Of a DNA stretch of 64,000 nucleotides, positions 10,594 to 25,403 are shown in pieces. A program made the translations under genes and the position numbers. The notes under the pieces are model-generated. The model saw nothing but the letters and a program-made list of their open reading frames with translations, had not been told where the DNA came from and ran no database searches. Positions within the stretch are counted from its first letter, which is position 1; each line of letters opens with the position of its first letter. The DNA comes from an uncultured Spirochaetota bacterium (GTDB lineage: Bacteria > Spirochaetota > UBA4802 > UBA5550): the NCBI GenBank assembly GCA_963827275.1, contig CAWHAA010000010.1, positions 64,001-128,000 of the forward strand, given 5' to 3'.

Positions 10594-11883
10594 TTAACGT
10601 CCGCGGTATAATTCAGAATTCGCGATCGACCCCGCGATCGCGGTTGCCGCCGCAGTGGCGGGGCTCATGAGATGCACCATGCCGCCCTCGCCCATCCGGC
10701 CCTGGAAGTTGCGGTTGGTGGTGGCGGCGCAGGTCTCACCCGGCGCGAGCACCCCGTTGCTCATTCCCAGGCACGCGCCGCAGGTGGGGTTCGTGACGCA
10801 GAACCCCGCGTCCATGAATATCTTGATGATCCCCTCGTCGAGCGCTTTCCGGTACACGTCCGGGGTTGCGGGCGCGAGTATCGCCCGCACCCTGCCGTTG
10901 ATCCTTTTCCCCTGTAACACCTGTGCGGCGACGCGCAGGTCCTCGATCCGGCCGTTGGTGCACGACCCGATGTATATCTGGTCCACCGGGGTCCCGGTCA
11001 TCTCGCGCACGGTCTTTACCTGATCAGGCTTGTACCCGTGGGTGACCACCGGCTCGAGCCCGGAGACGTCAAGGTCCACGGCCTGCTCGTAGCGCGCGTC
11101 CGGGTCCGATATCCACCGCGAGTAGTCCTGCAGCGCCGCGTCTTTGTCGGGGTAGTCGTGTTGTATGAATTCCCAGAGGTAGTCGACCGTGGTCCGGTCC
11201 GGGTGGCAGATCCCGCTCGTACCGCCCGCCTCGACCGCCATGTTGCAGAGGGTCATGCGCGATTCCATGCTCATCGCCGCGACGACCGGACCGGTAAATT
11301 CCATGATCATGTTGGTCGCGCCGCTCACCCCTATCTTTGCTATGATTGAAAGGATGACATCTTTCGCGAATACGCCGTCAGGCATCTGCCCGGTTATCGT
11401 CACCTTCATGGTTTTCGGCTCGCGGAACGCGCACACGCCCTTGAGGATAGCCACCTCGAGGTCGGTCGAGCCGACCCCGGCGGCGAAGGCGCCGAACGCG
11501 CCGTGCGTGCAGGTGTGCGAATCGCCCATGATGATGGTGTAGCCCGGACGCACGAACCCCTTCTCGGGAAATATCGCATGGCAGACGCCGTTCTGCCCGA
11601 TGTCGAAAAAGTCCTTTATGGCGTGGCGCCGGGCCCATTCGCGTAGTATCTTGCCCTGCTGCGCGGTCTTCGAATCCTTTGCGGGCGAGACATGGTCGAT
11701 GACGACCTTAATCCTGTCGGGGGCAAAGACCCGGTCCTTGCCCTTTTCCACGAGGTCAAGGATCGCTATCGGGGTCGTTATTTCGTGGCAAAAAACCGCG
11801 TCAAGCCGTAACACGTGCGTGTGCGGCGTCGGGCTGTCTATCCGGTGCGCATTGAATATTTTTTCCGCTATCGTATGTCCCAT
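10594..11883 (-). CDS. leuC: 3-isopropylmalate dehydratase large subunit (LeuC2/HacA type)
   Basis: GDSHTCTHGAFG, IGSCTNGRIEDL, CGACLG, TTNRNFQGRMG aconitase-family motifs. Confidence 0.93.
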   Translation of the reverse strand: MGHTIAEKIFNAHRIDSPTPHTHVLRLDAVFCHEITTPIAILDLVEKGKDRVFAPDRIKVVIDHVSPAKDSKTAQQGKILREWARRHAIKDFFDIGQNGVCHAIFPEKGFVRPGYTIIMGDSHTCTHGAFGAFAAGVGSTDLEVAILKGVCAFREPKTMKVTITGQMPDGVFAKDVILSIIAKIGVSGATNMIMEFTGPVVAAMSMESRMTLCNMAVEAGGTSGICHPDRTTVDYLWEFIQHDYPDKDAALQDYSRWISDPDARYEQAVDLDVSGLEPVVTHGYKPDQVKTVREMTGTPVDQIYIGSCTNGRIEDLRVAAQVLQGKRINGRVRAILAPATPDVYRKALDEGIIKIFMDAGFCVTNPTCGACLGMSNGVLAPGETCAATTNRNFQGRMGEGGMVHLMSPATAAATAIAGSIANSELYRGR

Positions 11884-11886
11884 TCA

Positions 11887-14384
<2,498 letters not shown>

Positions 14385-14385
<1 letters not shown>

Positions 14386-15443
14386 CACTTTACCTCTAAG
14401 GCATGCATTATTTTCCTGATATATTCCGCCCTGTATTCGTCGCATTCGCCGGTGCTCTTGAACAGCTGGTCAAAATTCCGCTGGAGATGCGCCCACTGGA
14501 TGTTGACCATGAGGTCGTTGACCGTCTTGAGCTCGATGTTCCTGACGACCGCGAGGATGATGCCGAGCCGGACGTTCGAGAGGTGGTCCATCGACTCGAT
14601 ATAGCTCAAACGCCGCGCGTACCGGAGCGCGCCGTACGAGCGCCATACCCGGTCCTCGAGCTCGAGGCGCGACCCCGACATGTATTCGTCGCGTCCCGTG
14701 TCCTCGATCTCCATCACGCGGGACAGTATTTCGTCCAGCGTTTCCAATATGTCAACTTCGGACGGGCCGAGCGACGTGCGGTTCGAGAGGAGATAGAGGC
14801 TCCCCAGGGTCTTGCTTGACTGCCCGATCGTGCCCTTGAGCTCCACCCTGTTCCTTTTCTCGGCCGGCACCAGGGCATTCACCCCGTTTTTCATCGCGGT
14901 GACCGGCAGGTGCAGGAGGAGCGACGCCCTGAGCCCGGTCCCCAGGTTGGAGGTGCACGCCGTCAGGTAGCCGAATTCTTCCGAAAAAGCGTAATGGACA
15001 AACCGGTTGAGCTCGGTATCGACCCGGTCGGCCGTCCGGTACGCATCGAGGAGCTGGAGGCCGGGACGTATCACCTGGATGCGGAAATGGTCCTCCTCGT
15101 TCACAAGGATCGAAAAATCATCGCTCGCGTCAGCGGCAACCATGCTGTTCTCGGAAACTTCCATCTCGTAGGTAATGATGTTGCGCTCACGGAGGAAGCG
15201 CCGCTCGTTGGCGTCAATCCCCCTGAGGTCCAGCAAGCCGATCCTGCCGCGGTACTCCGAATCGCGCGCGAAACGCTCCATGACGTCAACGACCGGGGAC
15301 AGCTCGTCGCCCGGAAGCCTGCCCGGGAAGGGCACCGACGCCATGTTGCGCGCAAGCCGCACCCTGCTCGACAGGACGATATGGCTGAACGGCCCGATCG
15401 AGGTCCAGAACCCCGATTGCTGTAAAACTTCCTCAAACAACAC
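14385..15443 (-). CDS. mcsB: Protein arginine kinase McsB
   Basis: LSSRVRLARN, NEEDH, TACTSNLGTGLRAS phosphagen-kinase motifs; located between mcsA and clpC. Confidence 0.92.
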
Positions 15444-15455
15444 GGCACCCTCTCA

Positions 15456-15971
15456 CTATGACTCCATTTCCCTGATCCTGTCACGCAGCACGGCGGCCTC
15501 CTCGTAACGCTCGTCAGTCACTGCCCGCTCCAGCAGGTCTTTTAATTCTTCGATTGATTTTATCGGGCTCACGCGGACCGTTTTCACGTATGTCTCCGCC
15601 ACGGCCACATCGGAATTGGCGGGGTGCTTCCCGCCGTGCGCGGTCGCACCGTGATAGGCAGCGATGACCGGACGCAGCGAATCTTCCATGTGGCGGTAAC
15701 AGTCGGGGCACCCGAGCTTGTATTCCCGGCTGTAATCCACGAACGAAAGGCCGCAGGTTTTGCATACGCCCCCGCCTGCATGGTCATCGACTTCATTGAC
15801 GTCAAGGAACGACAGCATCTCGGGGATGGAGAGAGAAAAATTCGACAGTTTCGAATTCAGGCCGATCTCCCTCGCGCAGTTTTCACACAGGTGTACCTCC
15901 GACTTCACATCCTTGATGATTTCAGTCAGGTGAATTGTCGCTTCGCAGTTTTTGCAACGTTCACAGAACAT
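15456..15971 (-). CDS. mcsA: McsA, protein-arginine kinase activator
   Basis: Four CxxC pairs plus C-terminal UVR domain (ERYEEAAVLRDRI). Confidence 0.92.
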   Translation of the reverse strand: MFCERCKNCEATIHLTEIIKDVKSEVHLCENCAREIGLNSKLSNFSLSIPEMLSFLDVNEVDDHAGGGVCKTCGLSFVDYSREYKLGCPDCYRHMEDSLRPVIAAYHGATAHGGKHPANSDVAVAETYVKTVRVSPIKSIEELKDLLERAVTDERYEEAAVLRDRIREMES

Positions 15972-16251
15972 TGGCGCATCGTCCTTGCCGGCACAGTATA
16001 GTGATAATATACATTAATATTATCTGCCTCCGGCACTTAAATCTTAATTTTTATATTTCAGGTATAAAAAAGTATTACCGGCCCTTTCCGGTCATCCATT
16101 TTTTTATTCCCCGCGCCAGATACATTCCATCGATAAATCTTCATTATTATATATTCAATATTGTATATGTCAATTAATAAATTTATTCCCCGGCGCCATA
16201 TGATCACGGTAATCTTGTTGACGACATGCCTGTTTCATCTGAAAATCAACC

Positions 16252-17469
16252 ATGTTCTTCAGAAAAAAGAAAACCCAGCAGCTCAGATACTTTGTCTCCA
16301 TCGGCGCCGGACTGAACCAGATCCCGCTCATCAACGAGGCAAAAAAACTCGGGTTCCACGTGATTGGCGTCGATGCGAGCGCTTCAGCCCCGGGCTTCTA
16401 TCATTGCGACCTCAAAATCCAGGAATCCGTAGAGAATTACGACGCGATATACATGAAGCTGCTGGAGCTCCTTGTCGACGGTGATATTCACGGGGTGATG
16501 ACCAAATCATACGGTCCGGCGATCATCACCACGAGCTACCTGACTGAAAAATTCAAGGTGCCGTTTCTACCCTTCGCGGCAAGCGGGGGATTCATCGATA
16601 AAAGCGCGATGAAATCGGTGTTCCTGCAGCATTCCATACCGACCCCGAAGCCCGTGCCCCTGCCGCCCCGCATGAAACTGGAGAAGATACCGGCATCTTC
16701 CTACCCGATCATCATCAAGCCGAGGGTCGGACATGCCAAGATTAACGTTCGAATGGCGGACACCGCGGAGGAATTGAAAAAGTATTGCAATCCGCCCGAT
16801 AGTTTCAATGAAACGTTCATGCTCGAACAATTCATCGCCGGTGACGAGATCATCGTGGCCGGCATCGTACACAATAAAAAATATTACCTGGTAGAGATAA
16901 CGGACAAAAAAACCTCGTATCCTCCCTATTTCATCGACATCATGCATGTCTCCCCCTCGCGCTACCTTGACCTTTCCCCGGCGATCGAGGCGATCGGACA
17001 GACCGTGGCCGATGCCTTTGGCATCGAGCGGTCGCCGCTGATCATGGAACTGGTCGTGGACAAAGAGGGCCGGCCATTCCTCATCGAGGCGGTGCCGGAA
17101 TTCGGGGGAGAATTCATCCCTGACGTGCTCGTACCCGCGAGCGCCGGATATAACCTGCTGCGCGAATCGATAAAGTCCGCGACGGGCATGGTGTTCAAGC
17201 CGCCCCAGGCGCCGAAAAGTAAAAATGCCGTGGTCGTCCGGTACATCATCGGCCAGAAAGGCACGCTCGCCTCATGCAACCCCGATGGCCCGCGAAACGT
17301 GCGCGGCACCATATTCTCCCGTATCTTCAAGGAGATCGGATCGCCAATAAGCGACCCGGTGACCAACCACGACAGGATCGGCGTCGTTGTCGTGACCGCC
17401 GGCACGGCCGCCGAAGCGCTCGCGCTTTCGTCGGAAGCGGCGTCAAATTTCAACATACGGATCAAGTGA
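16252..17469 (+). CDS. ATP-grasp domain ligase
   Basis: IGAGLNQ..., DKSAMK, YPIIIKP, EQFIAGDE, LIE ATP-grasp motifs. Confidence 0.85.
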   Translation: MFFRKKKTQQLRYFVSIGAGLNQIPLINEAKKLGFHVIGVDASASAPGFYHCDLKIQESVENYDAIYMKLLELLVDGDIHGVMTKSYGPAIITTSYLTEKFKVPFLPFAASGGFIDKSAMKSVFLQHSIPTPKPVPLPPRMKLEKIPASSYPIIIKPRVGHAKINVRMADTAEELKKYCNPPDSFNETFMLEQFIAGDEIIVAGIVHNKKYYLVEITDKKTSYPPYFIDIMHVSPSRYLDLSPAIEAIGQTVADAFGIERSPLIMELVVDKEGRPFLIEAVPEFGGEFIPDVLVPASAGYNLLRESIKSATGMVFKPPQAPKSKNAVVVRYIIGQKGTLASCNPDGPRNVRGTIFSRIFKEIGSPISDPVTNHDRIGVVVVTAGTAAEALALSSEAASNFNIRIK

Positions 17470-17472
17470 CAG

Positions 17473-18117
17473 ATGAAAGCCCGTCAATGGGAAGACCATT
17501 ACACCGGCGCACGTTCGAGGCTTGACTATCCGGACGAGAACCTGGTCCGGCTGCTCAGCAGGGGCCTCGCCCGCACCGGGGCCGCGCCCGGCGCCACGGC
17601 CGTAGACCTGGGCTGCGGCAGCGGCAGGCACCTGCGCCTGCTGCGCGAGCTAGGCGTACAACGCGTCATCGGTACGGACGCAAGCTTCAATGCGCTCTCG
17701 GTCTCAAAGCGCTGGGACACTGGCCTCCTGCTCCAGGCCGACAACATTCACCTCCCCCTGAAAGACGCGTCCGCGGACATCATCATCGCGTGGGGGTCCC
17801 TTCATTACAATGCCAAGGACGACCTGGCGCCCATGCTGGAAGAGGTCCGGCGCGTGATGAAGACCGGCGGCGTGCTTTACGCCACACTCAGGTGCTCGAG
17901 GGACACCTACCTGAAAAAAGGGAAGCATCTCGGCAATGACGTCTGGGCCACCGACCTCGAAGACATCCGGGGCTCTATCGCCTCGTTTTATGATGAACAG
18001 GAGCTCCGCGAGGCGTTTTCGTCGTTCGGCGGGTTCCGCTACGGCCTCATGGAGCGTACCATCGTCGGGGACATGGCGTCCCTGATTTCCCACTGGGTCA
18101 TAGAGGCCCGCAAATGA
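17473..18117 (+). CDS. Class I SAM-dependent methyltransferase
   Basis: VDLGCGSGRH motif I; EVRRVMKTGG. Confidence 0.88.
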   Translation: MKARQWEDHYTGARSRLDYPDENLVRLLSRGLARTGAAPGATAVDLGCGSGRHLRLLRELGVQRVIGTDASFNALSVSKRWDTGLLLQADNIHLPLKDASADIIIAWGSLHYNAKDDLAPMLEEVRRVMKTGGVLYATLRCSRDTYLKKGKHLGNDVWATDLEDIRGSIASFYDEQELREAFSSFGGFRYGLMERTIVGDMASLISHWVIEARK

Positions 18118-18141
18118 AGCATACCCGGCACCGGTACCGCC

Positions 18142-19050
18142 ATGAATGACATGACCGCCACGGGCGCCCTCTTCGACAGCCCGCTTGCGGCCTGCCCGCT
18201 CTGCGGCTCCGGCACGATAGGCCACCTGCACCGGATCGAGCGGTTCGATCCCGCATTCACCGTCGACCGGTGCTCCTCGTGCGGGTTCATATTCATGAAC
18301 CCGCGCTTCACCGGCGCCGCCATGGCCGCGATGTACGGCAAGGACTACTATTCGGGGGACGCGGATTATTCATATTACGACGAGCGCGAGGGCGAACACT
18401 ATTCACGCTTCGTGTGGGACAAACGCTGCGAGGTCATCCACCGGTACGTCCCCGGCGGAAACCTTCTCGATGTCGGGTCCTCCTTCGGCGGGTTCCTGAG
18501 ATCAGCGTCAAAATATTACACCCCGTACGGCATAGAGGTTTCATCGTACGCCGGAGGCTTTTCCATCTCCTCCCTGGGCACCACGGTCCACATCGGCACC
18601 CTGCAGGACCACCCCTTCGACGCAAATTTCTTCTCGGTCATCACCATGATCGAGCTCCTGGAGCACCTTCCCGACCCGCTGTCCGCCCTCCGGGAATGCC
18701 GCCGTCTCCTCTGCGACGGCGGACTCCTGCTCATCCAGACCGCCAACATGGCCGGGCTGCAGGCCAGGCTGCAGGGAAAACGCTACGGGTACTACCTCCC
18801 GGGCCATTGCTCCTATTTCACGAAGAAAAATCTCGTTGACGCGCTTTCCGCATGCGGCTTCAGCTCTATCAAGGTCTTCCACCCCGTGGAGTTCGGCCTG
18901 CTGCCGAAGCTGAAAAAATCACGGCGGGCCTTCTCCTCGCCGTGGGACTACCGCACATGGCTCAGGATCGCGGCATACCATTATCTCGGCAAGCTGCATT
19001 TGGGCAATGCCGCGGCCACCAGCTCGATGGTCATATACGCGTTCAAGTGA
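18142..19050 (+). CDS. Class I SAM-dependent methyltransferase with an N-terminal Zn-binding CxxC/CxxC
   Basis: CPLCG...CSSCG, LLDVGSSFGGF, ELLEHLPDP. Confidence 0.88.
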   Translation: MNDMTATGALFDSPLAACPLCGSGTIGHLHRIERFDPAFTVDRCSSCGFIFMNPRFTGAAMAAMYGKDYYSGDADYSYYDEREGEHYSRFVWDKRCEVIHRYVPGGNLLDVGSSFGGFLRSASKYYTPYGIEVSSYAGGFSISSLGTTVHIGTLQDHPFDANFFSVITMIELLEHLPDPLSALRECRRLLCDGGLLLIQTANMAGLQARLQGKRYGYYLPGHCSYFTKKNLVDALSACGFSSIKVFHPVEFGLLPKLKKSRRAFSSPWDYRTWLRIAAYHYLGKLHLGNAAATSSMVIYAFK

Positions 19051-19161
19051 CCGGGACGATCCCGCCCTCCGCAAAATGCTTGACCCTTCGTCGCATCTGT
19101 CGTCAATGTCCTTTCCATAGGCCGCAGCGCGGCACACCTTGCAGCATACGGGTCAAACGAC

Positions 19162-21201
19162 ATGGTTCGCACCATCGGTGAAAAATTATCAGGGCGCTAC
19201 GCTTCCATCGCCCCCCTTCTCCTGGCCAACGGGAGTATCGCGCTCATCTTATATTCGTTATACCGGTTCAGGGTATTTCGTTACATGCGTGCGATCTATC
19301 CCGATCTCGCCTCCCTGTCCCTGCCGGGCTACCTGAAACAGTCCCTTCATTTCGACGGGCTCGCGTTCTTCTGGACCATGACCGCGGTTCTCCTTCTCCT
19401 CCTGGCCGTCGCCGGGTCCAGGCGGCTTAAATACCTGCTGTCCGGCGCGCTATCGGTCATCTTCATTTTTTTCATCCTCTTCAGCATGGAGTTCTTCCGG
19501 GTATACCAGACCACGTTCCAGAAGAACTTCGCCGGGAAAGAGCATTTTTCAGGACTGGGGAACGTTCTTGATTCCGCGCTGGCGGAATTTTCCCTGGAAT
19601 TCTATCTCCTGTTCCTTGTCCTCTCGACATTATCGCTGGGGACGATGTTCCTGTTATACCGGCGCGGTGAAGGCAATAACAGTCGTACCGGGACATCGAC
19701 GGAGCCGGCATCTGCCGGCAGCATGGCCCCCAGGGCCATCGTCCCCGCCGCGGCGATTGTTTCGCTGATCGCGGGCCTTCTGACCGGACCGCCGATCCCC
19801 GTGAAGGCCGGCACCGCGCGGGTCGGCGATGAAACGGCCCGCGCCGCCTCGCTCATGCATGAGCTTACCATGAACCCGGTCTACAACCTGTTCTCTTTCA
19901 ATCCTTCCGGCCCGGACGAGGAGCCAGTAAAACACGACGCCGGGCGCCTGTTTTCCTTCGGGCTCAATACCGATTCCATGGAATCATCACGCTCCCACCC
20001 GCGCCGCGACTCCATACCCCGACCGAAGCCATACAATATCATACTCTATTTTTTCGAATCGACACCCTACAAATATTATGATCACACCATCAACGGCCGC
20101 CAGGTCATACCGGCATGGCACCGCCTTGAGAACAACAGCCTCAATTTCCGGCGGCACTACGCCAATTACCCCCTGTCGGCAAACGCGCTGCTGTCGGTCC
20201 TGACCTCGGCCTATGACCACAATTCCAAGGAGATGGTCATACAGAAATACCCTGACATCGGCCTCCGCACGCTCCCGGAGATTTTAAAGACGCGCGGGTA
20301 CCGCACCTGCCTTATCCATACCGGCGGGCTCGGGTATGCGGGGCAGAAGCGCTTTCTTCAAAAAAGGAAATTCGACCGTATCATTGAATATAACGAGCTG
20401 ATCGGCATACCGCCCTACAACCGGCAGGTGGGATGGGGCGTGGATGAACGCGCGATGATAGAACCTGCCGCGTCATTCATCGGGAAGGACCCCGGGGCCC
20501 CGTTTTTCCTCGTCCTCCTCCCGGTGAATCCGCACCACCCCTACGCCGTCCCGGATGATTCGTTCCGCATCGCGGGGAACACCGGCGGCGGCGACAATTA
20601 CCGCGATCGCAACTGGCGAAATTACCTGGATTCATTGCATTATTCCGACGCGGCGCTGGGGATGCTGGTTGACGAGCTCGAGCGCCGCGGCCTCATGGAA
20701 GATACGCTCCTCTTTCTCTTCGCCGATCACGGCGAAGCGTTCTACCAGCACCGCATGAATTACAACCACCCGCTTTTTATATACGAGGAGAACGTGCACG
20801 TGCCGTTCCTCATATACAACCGCAGGCTCTTTCCATCCCCGGAGTATTACGACGGCATTTCCCGGCATATCGACATCCTTCCCACGGTCATCGACATCCT
20901 GGGCATACCGCCCTCCCCTGAGCAGGAAGGGATATCCCTCCTCTCGCGGCACAGGGAGCAGATGGCGCTCATCCATACCTCGTGGAAAGACGATTACATG
21001 GGGATTGTGGACCGGCAGTGGAAGTATATCCGCCGCACCTCGGACGGCGTGGAAGAACTATACGACCTGCACGAAGACCCGGAGGAAAAGAGAAACATCG
21101 CTGCGCTCCGGGGCGATATCACCGGCATGTACAGGGCCTTCGTGACAACGGCACGCGATTACCGGCGGGAATACTATCGCCGCATGATTGACAGGAAATA
21201 G
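19162..21201 (+). CDS. Membrane-anchored LTA synthase / sulfatase-superfamily protein
   Basis: About five N-terminal TM helices followed by NIILYFFES, HHPY, ADHGE and HIDILPT alkaline-phosphatase-superfamily motifs. Confidence 0.8.
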   Translation: MVRTIGEKLSGRYASIAPLLLANGSIALILYSLYRFRVFRYMRAIYPDLASLSLPGYLKQSLHFDGLAFFWTMTAVLLLLLAVAGSRRLKYLLSGALSVIFIFFILFSMEFFRVYQTTFQKNFAGKEHFSGLGNVLDSALAEFSLEFYLLFLVLSTLSLGTMFLLYRRGEGNNSRTGTSTEPASAGSMAPRAIVPAAAIVSLIAGLLTGPPIPVKAGTARVGDETARAASLMHELTMNPVYNLFSFNPSGPDEEPVKHDAGRLFSFGLNTDSMESSRSHPRRDSIPRPKPYNIILYFFESTPYKYYDHTINGRQVIPAWHRLENNSLNFRRHYANYPLSANALLSVLTSAYDHNSKEMVIQKYPDIGLRTLPEILKTRGYRTCLIHTGGLGYAGQKRFLQKRKFDRIIEYNELIGIPPYNRQVGWGVDERAMIEPAASFIGKDPGAPFFLVLLPVNPHHPYAVPDDSFRIAGNTGGGDNYRDRNWRNYLDSLHYSDAALGMLVDELERRGLMEDTLLFLFADHGEAFYQHRMNYNHPLFIYEENVHVPFLIYNRRLFPSPEYYDGISRHIDILPTVIDILGIPPSPEQEGISLLSRHREQMALIHTSWKDDYMGIVDRQWKYIRRTSDGVEELYDLHEDPEEKRNIAALRGDITGMYRAFVTTARDYRREYYRRMIDRK

Positions 21202-21239
21202 GCCCCTGGGCAGGGGCGGCGGTTGGGCCCGTTCCGCGC

Positions 21240-22589
21240 CTACCGTTCCTTGAGTGGCAGGTATTCCTTTTCGTCGGCGTATACCTGTATATAGGCGGGC
21301 CTGATGATGCGGCCCTGCATGATCTGTTCGATCCGGTGCGCGCACCATCCCACCACGCGCGCCATGGCGAAGATCGGGGTGTAGAGTTCCCGGGGGATCC
21401 CCAGCATCTCGTACACAAACCCTGAATAATAATCGACATTGGCGCTCATGATCTTCTTGTTCCTCTCGTTGAGAATGGACGTCGCGACCTTTTCAACCAG
21501 GTCGTAGAGCTGGAACTCCTCGGAATACCCGTGTTTGTCCGCAAGGCTCCGCGCGTATTCTTTCAGTATGATGGCCCTCGGGTCAGAGATCGTATATACC
21601 GCGTGCCCGAACCCGTATATCTTTCCCTTCTGGTCCCCTGCCTTCTTTTCAAGTATCCTGGTCAGATAGGCCTTGATTTCGCGCTCGCTGTCCCACTTCT
21701 TTACGCTCTTTTTCAGGTCCTTCATCATAAGCTTGACCGATTCATTCGCGCCGCCGTGGAGATGGCCTGACAGGGAAGCGATCCCCGAGGCTATCGCCAT
21801 GTAGGTATTGGCGCCGCTTGAAGATACCGACCTGACCGAGAAGGTCGAATTATTACCGCCGCCATGTTCGGCGTGAAGGATCAGGGCGATATCGAATATA
21901 TGGGCGTCTTCCGGGTCCGGCTTTGCGCCGTGGAGAAGATAAAGGAAATTTTCAGCGATGGAAAGCTCCGGTTTCGGCCGGAGGATCATCAGGTCCGCGC
22001 CCTTGCTGTAGCGCAGAACATTGTAATTAGCCGCCACGATGGTGGGGAACTTGGCGATGAGATTGATGCTCTGCCGGCACACGTTCTCTATGGTAATCGA
22101 GTCGGCTTCCTCGTCGCACCTGCTCAGGTGGGAGATAACGCTGTGAAGCGCGTACATCTGGTTGTCGTTCTGCACCTCTCCCATGATAATCTGGCGCTCC
22201 ATCCTTGAAAGGGAACGCCTCTTCGCAAGCTCCTGGACGAAATTCCTCAGGTCGGCCTTCGTCGGCAGCTCACCCGCCAGCAGCAGGTAGGCCACCTCTT
22301 CAAACCCGAACCGCTTCTGCTCGGTTATCGATTCCACGATCCTCGTGACATCATACCCGCAGTAAAAAAGCCTGCCCGGAATGGGCTTCACGTCATATAT
22401 CTTTTTTACCGGATCTTTAAGTATCTTCTGGTACCCGTCGACCCTGCCCTTCGTCGTAATGCCGACCACGACGCCGGTGCCGTCCGGGTTCCTGAGCCCG
22501 AGCTTGACGTCCTTTTCCCTGATTATCTGCGGCGTAAGGTAGTCGTTAAGGATGGTCTGCTTTTCGATTTTTTCAAGAATGTTTATCAT
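21240..22589 (-). CDS. gltA: Citrate synthase
   Basis: HAEHGGGNNSTF, LHGGANE, GFGHAVY, ANVDYYSG, GWCAH. Confidence 0.92.
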   Translation of the reverse strand: MINILEKIEKQTILNDYLTPQIIREKDVKLGLRNPDGTGVVVGITTKGRVDGYQKILKDPVKKIYDVKPIPGRLFYCGYDVTRIVESITEQKRFGFEEVAYLLLAGELPTKADLRNFVQELAKRRSLSRMERQIIMGEVQNDNQMYALHSVISHLSRCDEEADSITIENVCRQSINLIAKFPTIVAANYNVLRYSKGADLMILRPKPELSIAENFLYLLHGAKPDPEDAHIFDIALILHAEHGGGNNSTFSVRSVSSSGANTYMAIASGIASLSGHLHGGANESVKLMMKDLKKSVKKWDSEREIKAYLTRILEKKAGDQKGKIYGFGHAVYTISDPRAIILKEYARSLADKHGYSEEFQLYDLVEKVATSILNERNKKIMSANVDYYSGFVYEMLGIPRELYTPIFAMARVVGWCAHRIEQIMQGRIIRPAYIQVYADEKEYLPLKER

Positions 22590-22686
22590 GGCTGACACCT
22601 CAATGCATTTGTACCGAGACCTGCCGGACGGCACGTCGTGCCATCACTACTACACGACAGTAGCAGCGTCACCGGTGTCAACTTTT

Positions 22687-23553
22687 TTAATACATGACCC
22701 TGGGAAAATCAATGAGCACCGCGGTCATGTCGTCCTTCTGGCAGTCGGAACGGCCGATATGGCGGTAGACCGATTCGAAAAGCTCCTGCACCACAAGCTG
22801 CGGCATGAGGTTTACATGCTCGGTGAGAAAGTTGAGGACCCGCTCCTTGCCGTACTCCCCGGTCTGCCGCTCCCGGTCAAAGGCCTCGGTGATCCCGTCG
22901 CTGAAATAGAGGATGGAATCGCCCTCGTACAGGGTAAACTCGCAGACCGGCAACTCAAGGTATTTCTCCCCGAGGAGGACGCGGACATCGCTGCTGAGAA
23001 GGTTGCCCTTGAGGGGGAACCAGCCCTTTTCCTCTTCGTTTAAATCGTAGACGTTGACCACCCGGTCCCGGAACTTGCGCACGACGACGGGAAAGAGCAT
23101 GCTCCTGTTGTAAAACTTCAGGTGGTACCTGTCCCCATCGTTGTAAATAAACGTGAACAGGACGCAGGCAAAGTCATGTGAGTTCGCGTCCTCCATGATA
23201 TCGGTGAACTTCTGGGAAATATTTTTTACAAGGTACTCGGGGTCAACGGCGCCGGATTGCTCGTAGATCTTCTTCGTTTCGCCGATGGAGATGGTAATGG
23301 CAGAGCGGAGGCGCACCAGGTTGGTGTACGCGGGAAGGCCGTGCCCGCTCATGTCGGCGAAAATGAAGAGATAGTTGCCGTCGGGGAGCTGTATCAGGTC
23401 GAAATAATCCCCCGAGAGGACGGCGCCGTATGCCCGCTGGAAGCCGATCCCGACATTGAGCCGCTTGCCGTAAAAGTTCTGGAACAGCCCCCTTATCAGG
23501 ACCTTGTCCTTTTCCCGTATGGTATTCGCTTCGGCTTCGAGGAAATCGAACAT
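22687..23553 (-). CDS. Stand-alone PP2C/SpoIIE-type Ser/Thr phosphatase
   Basis: SGDYFD, ADMSGHG, FSDGITEA, DDMTAV. Confidence 0.88.
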   Translation of the reverse strand: MFDFLEAEANTIREKDKVLIRGLFQNFYGKRLNVGIGFQRAYGAVLSGDYFDLIQLPDGNYLFIFADMSGHGLPAYTNLVRLRSAITISIGETKKIYEQSGAVDPEYLVKNISQKFTDIMEDANSHDFACVLFTFIYNDGDRYHLKFYNRSMLFPVVVRKFRDRVVNVYDLNEEEKGWFPLKGNLLSSDVRVLLGEKYLELPVCEFTLYEGDSILYFSDGITEAFDRERQTGEYGKERVLNFLTEHVNLMPQLVVQELFESVYRHIGRSDCQKDDMTAVLIDFPRVMY

Positions 23554-23615
23554 GCCTCAGCCTGTTCCGCTCCGCGTCGGTGATCGGCTTAAAATCACTC
23601 ATATTGAGCAGGTGG

Positions 23616-25257
<1,642 letters not shown>

Positions 25258-25403
25258 ATCCGCCCTGGTCTGTCCTGTTTTAAGATGTTATGATTGATCC
25301 GTACGCGCATTGTTACGGAACATGAGGAAAATATGGCATGACGATACCTGACGACCGGGGATGCGTCAAGAATAATACGGTATTTATGGATAGTACGCGC
25401 GGG

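Noticed and set aside
15972..16251. CtsR or CIRCE operator upstream of mcsA
   Set aside because: AT-rich divergent promoter region, but no GGTCAAA tandem or TTAGCACTC inverted repeat
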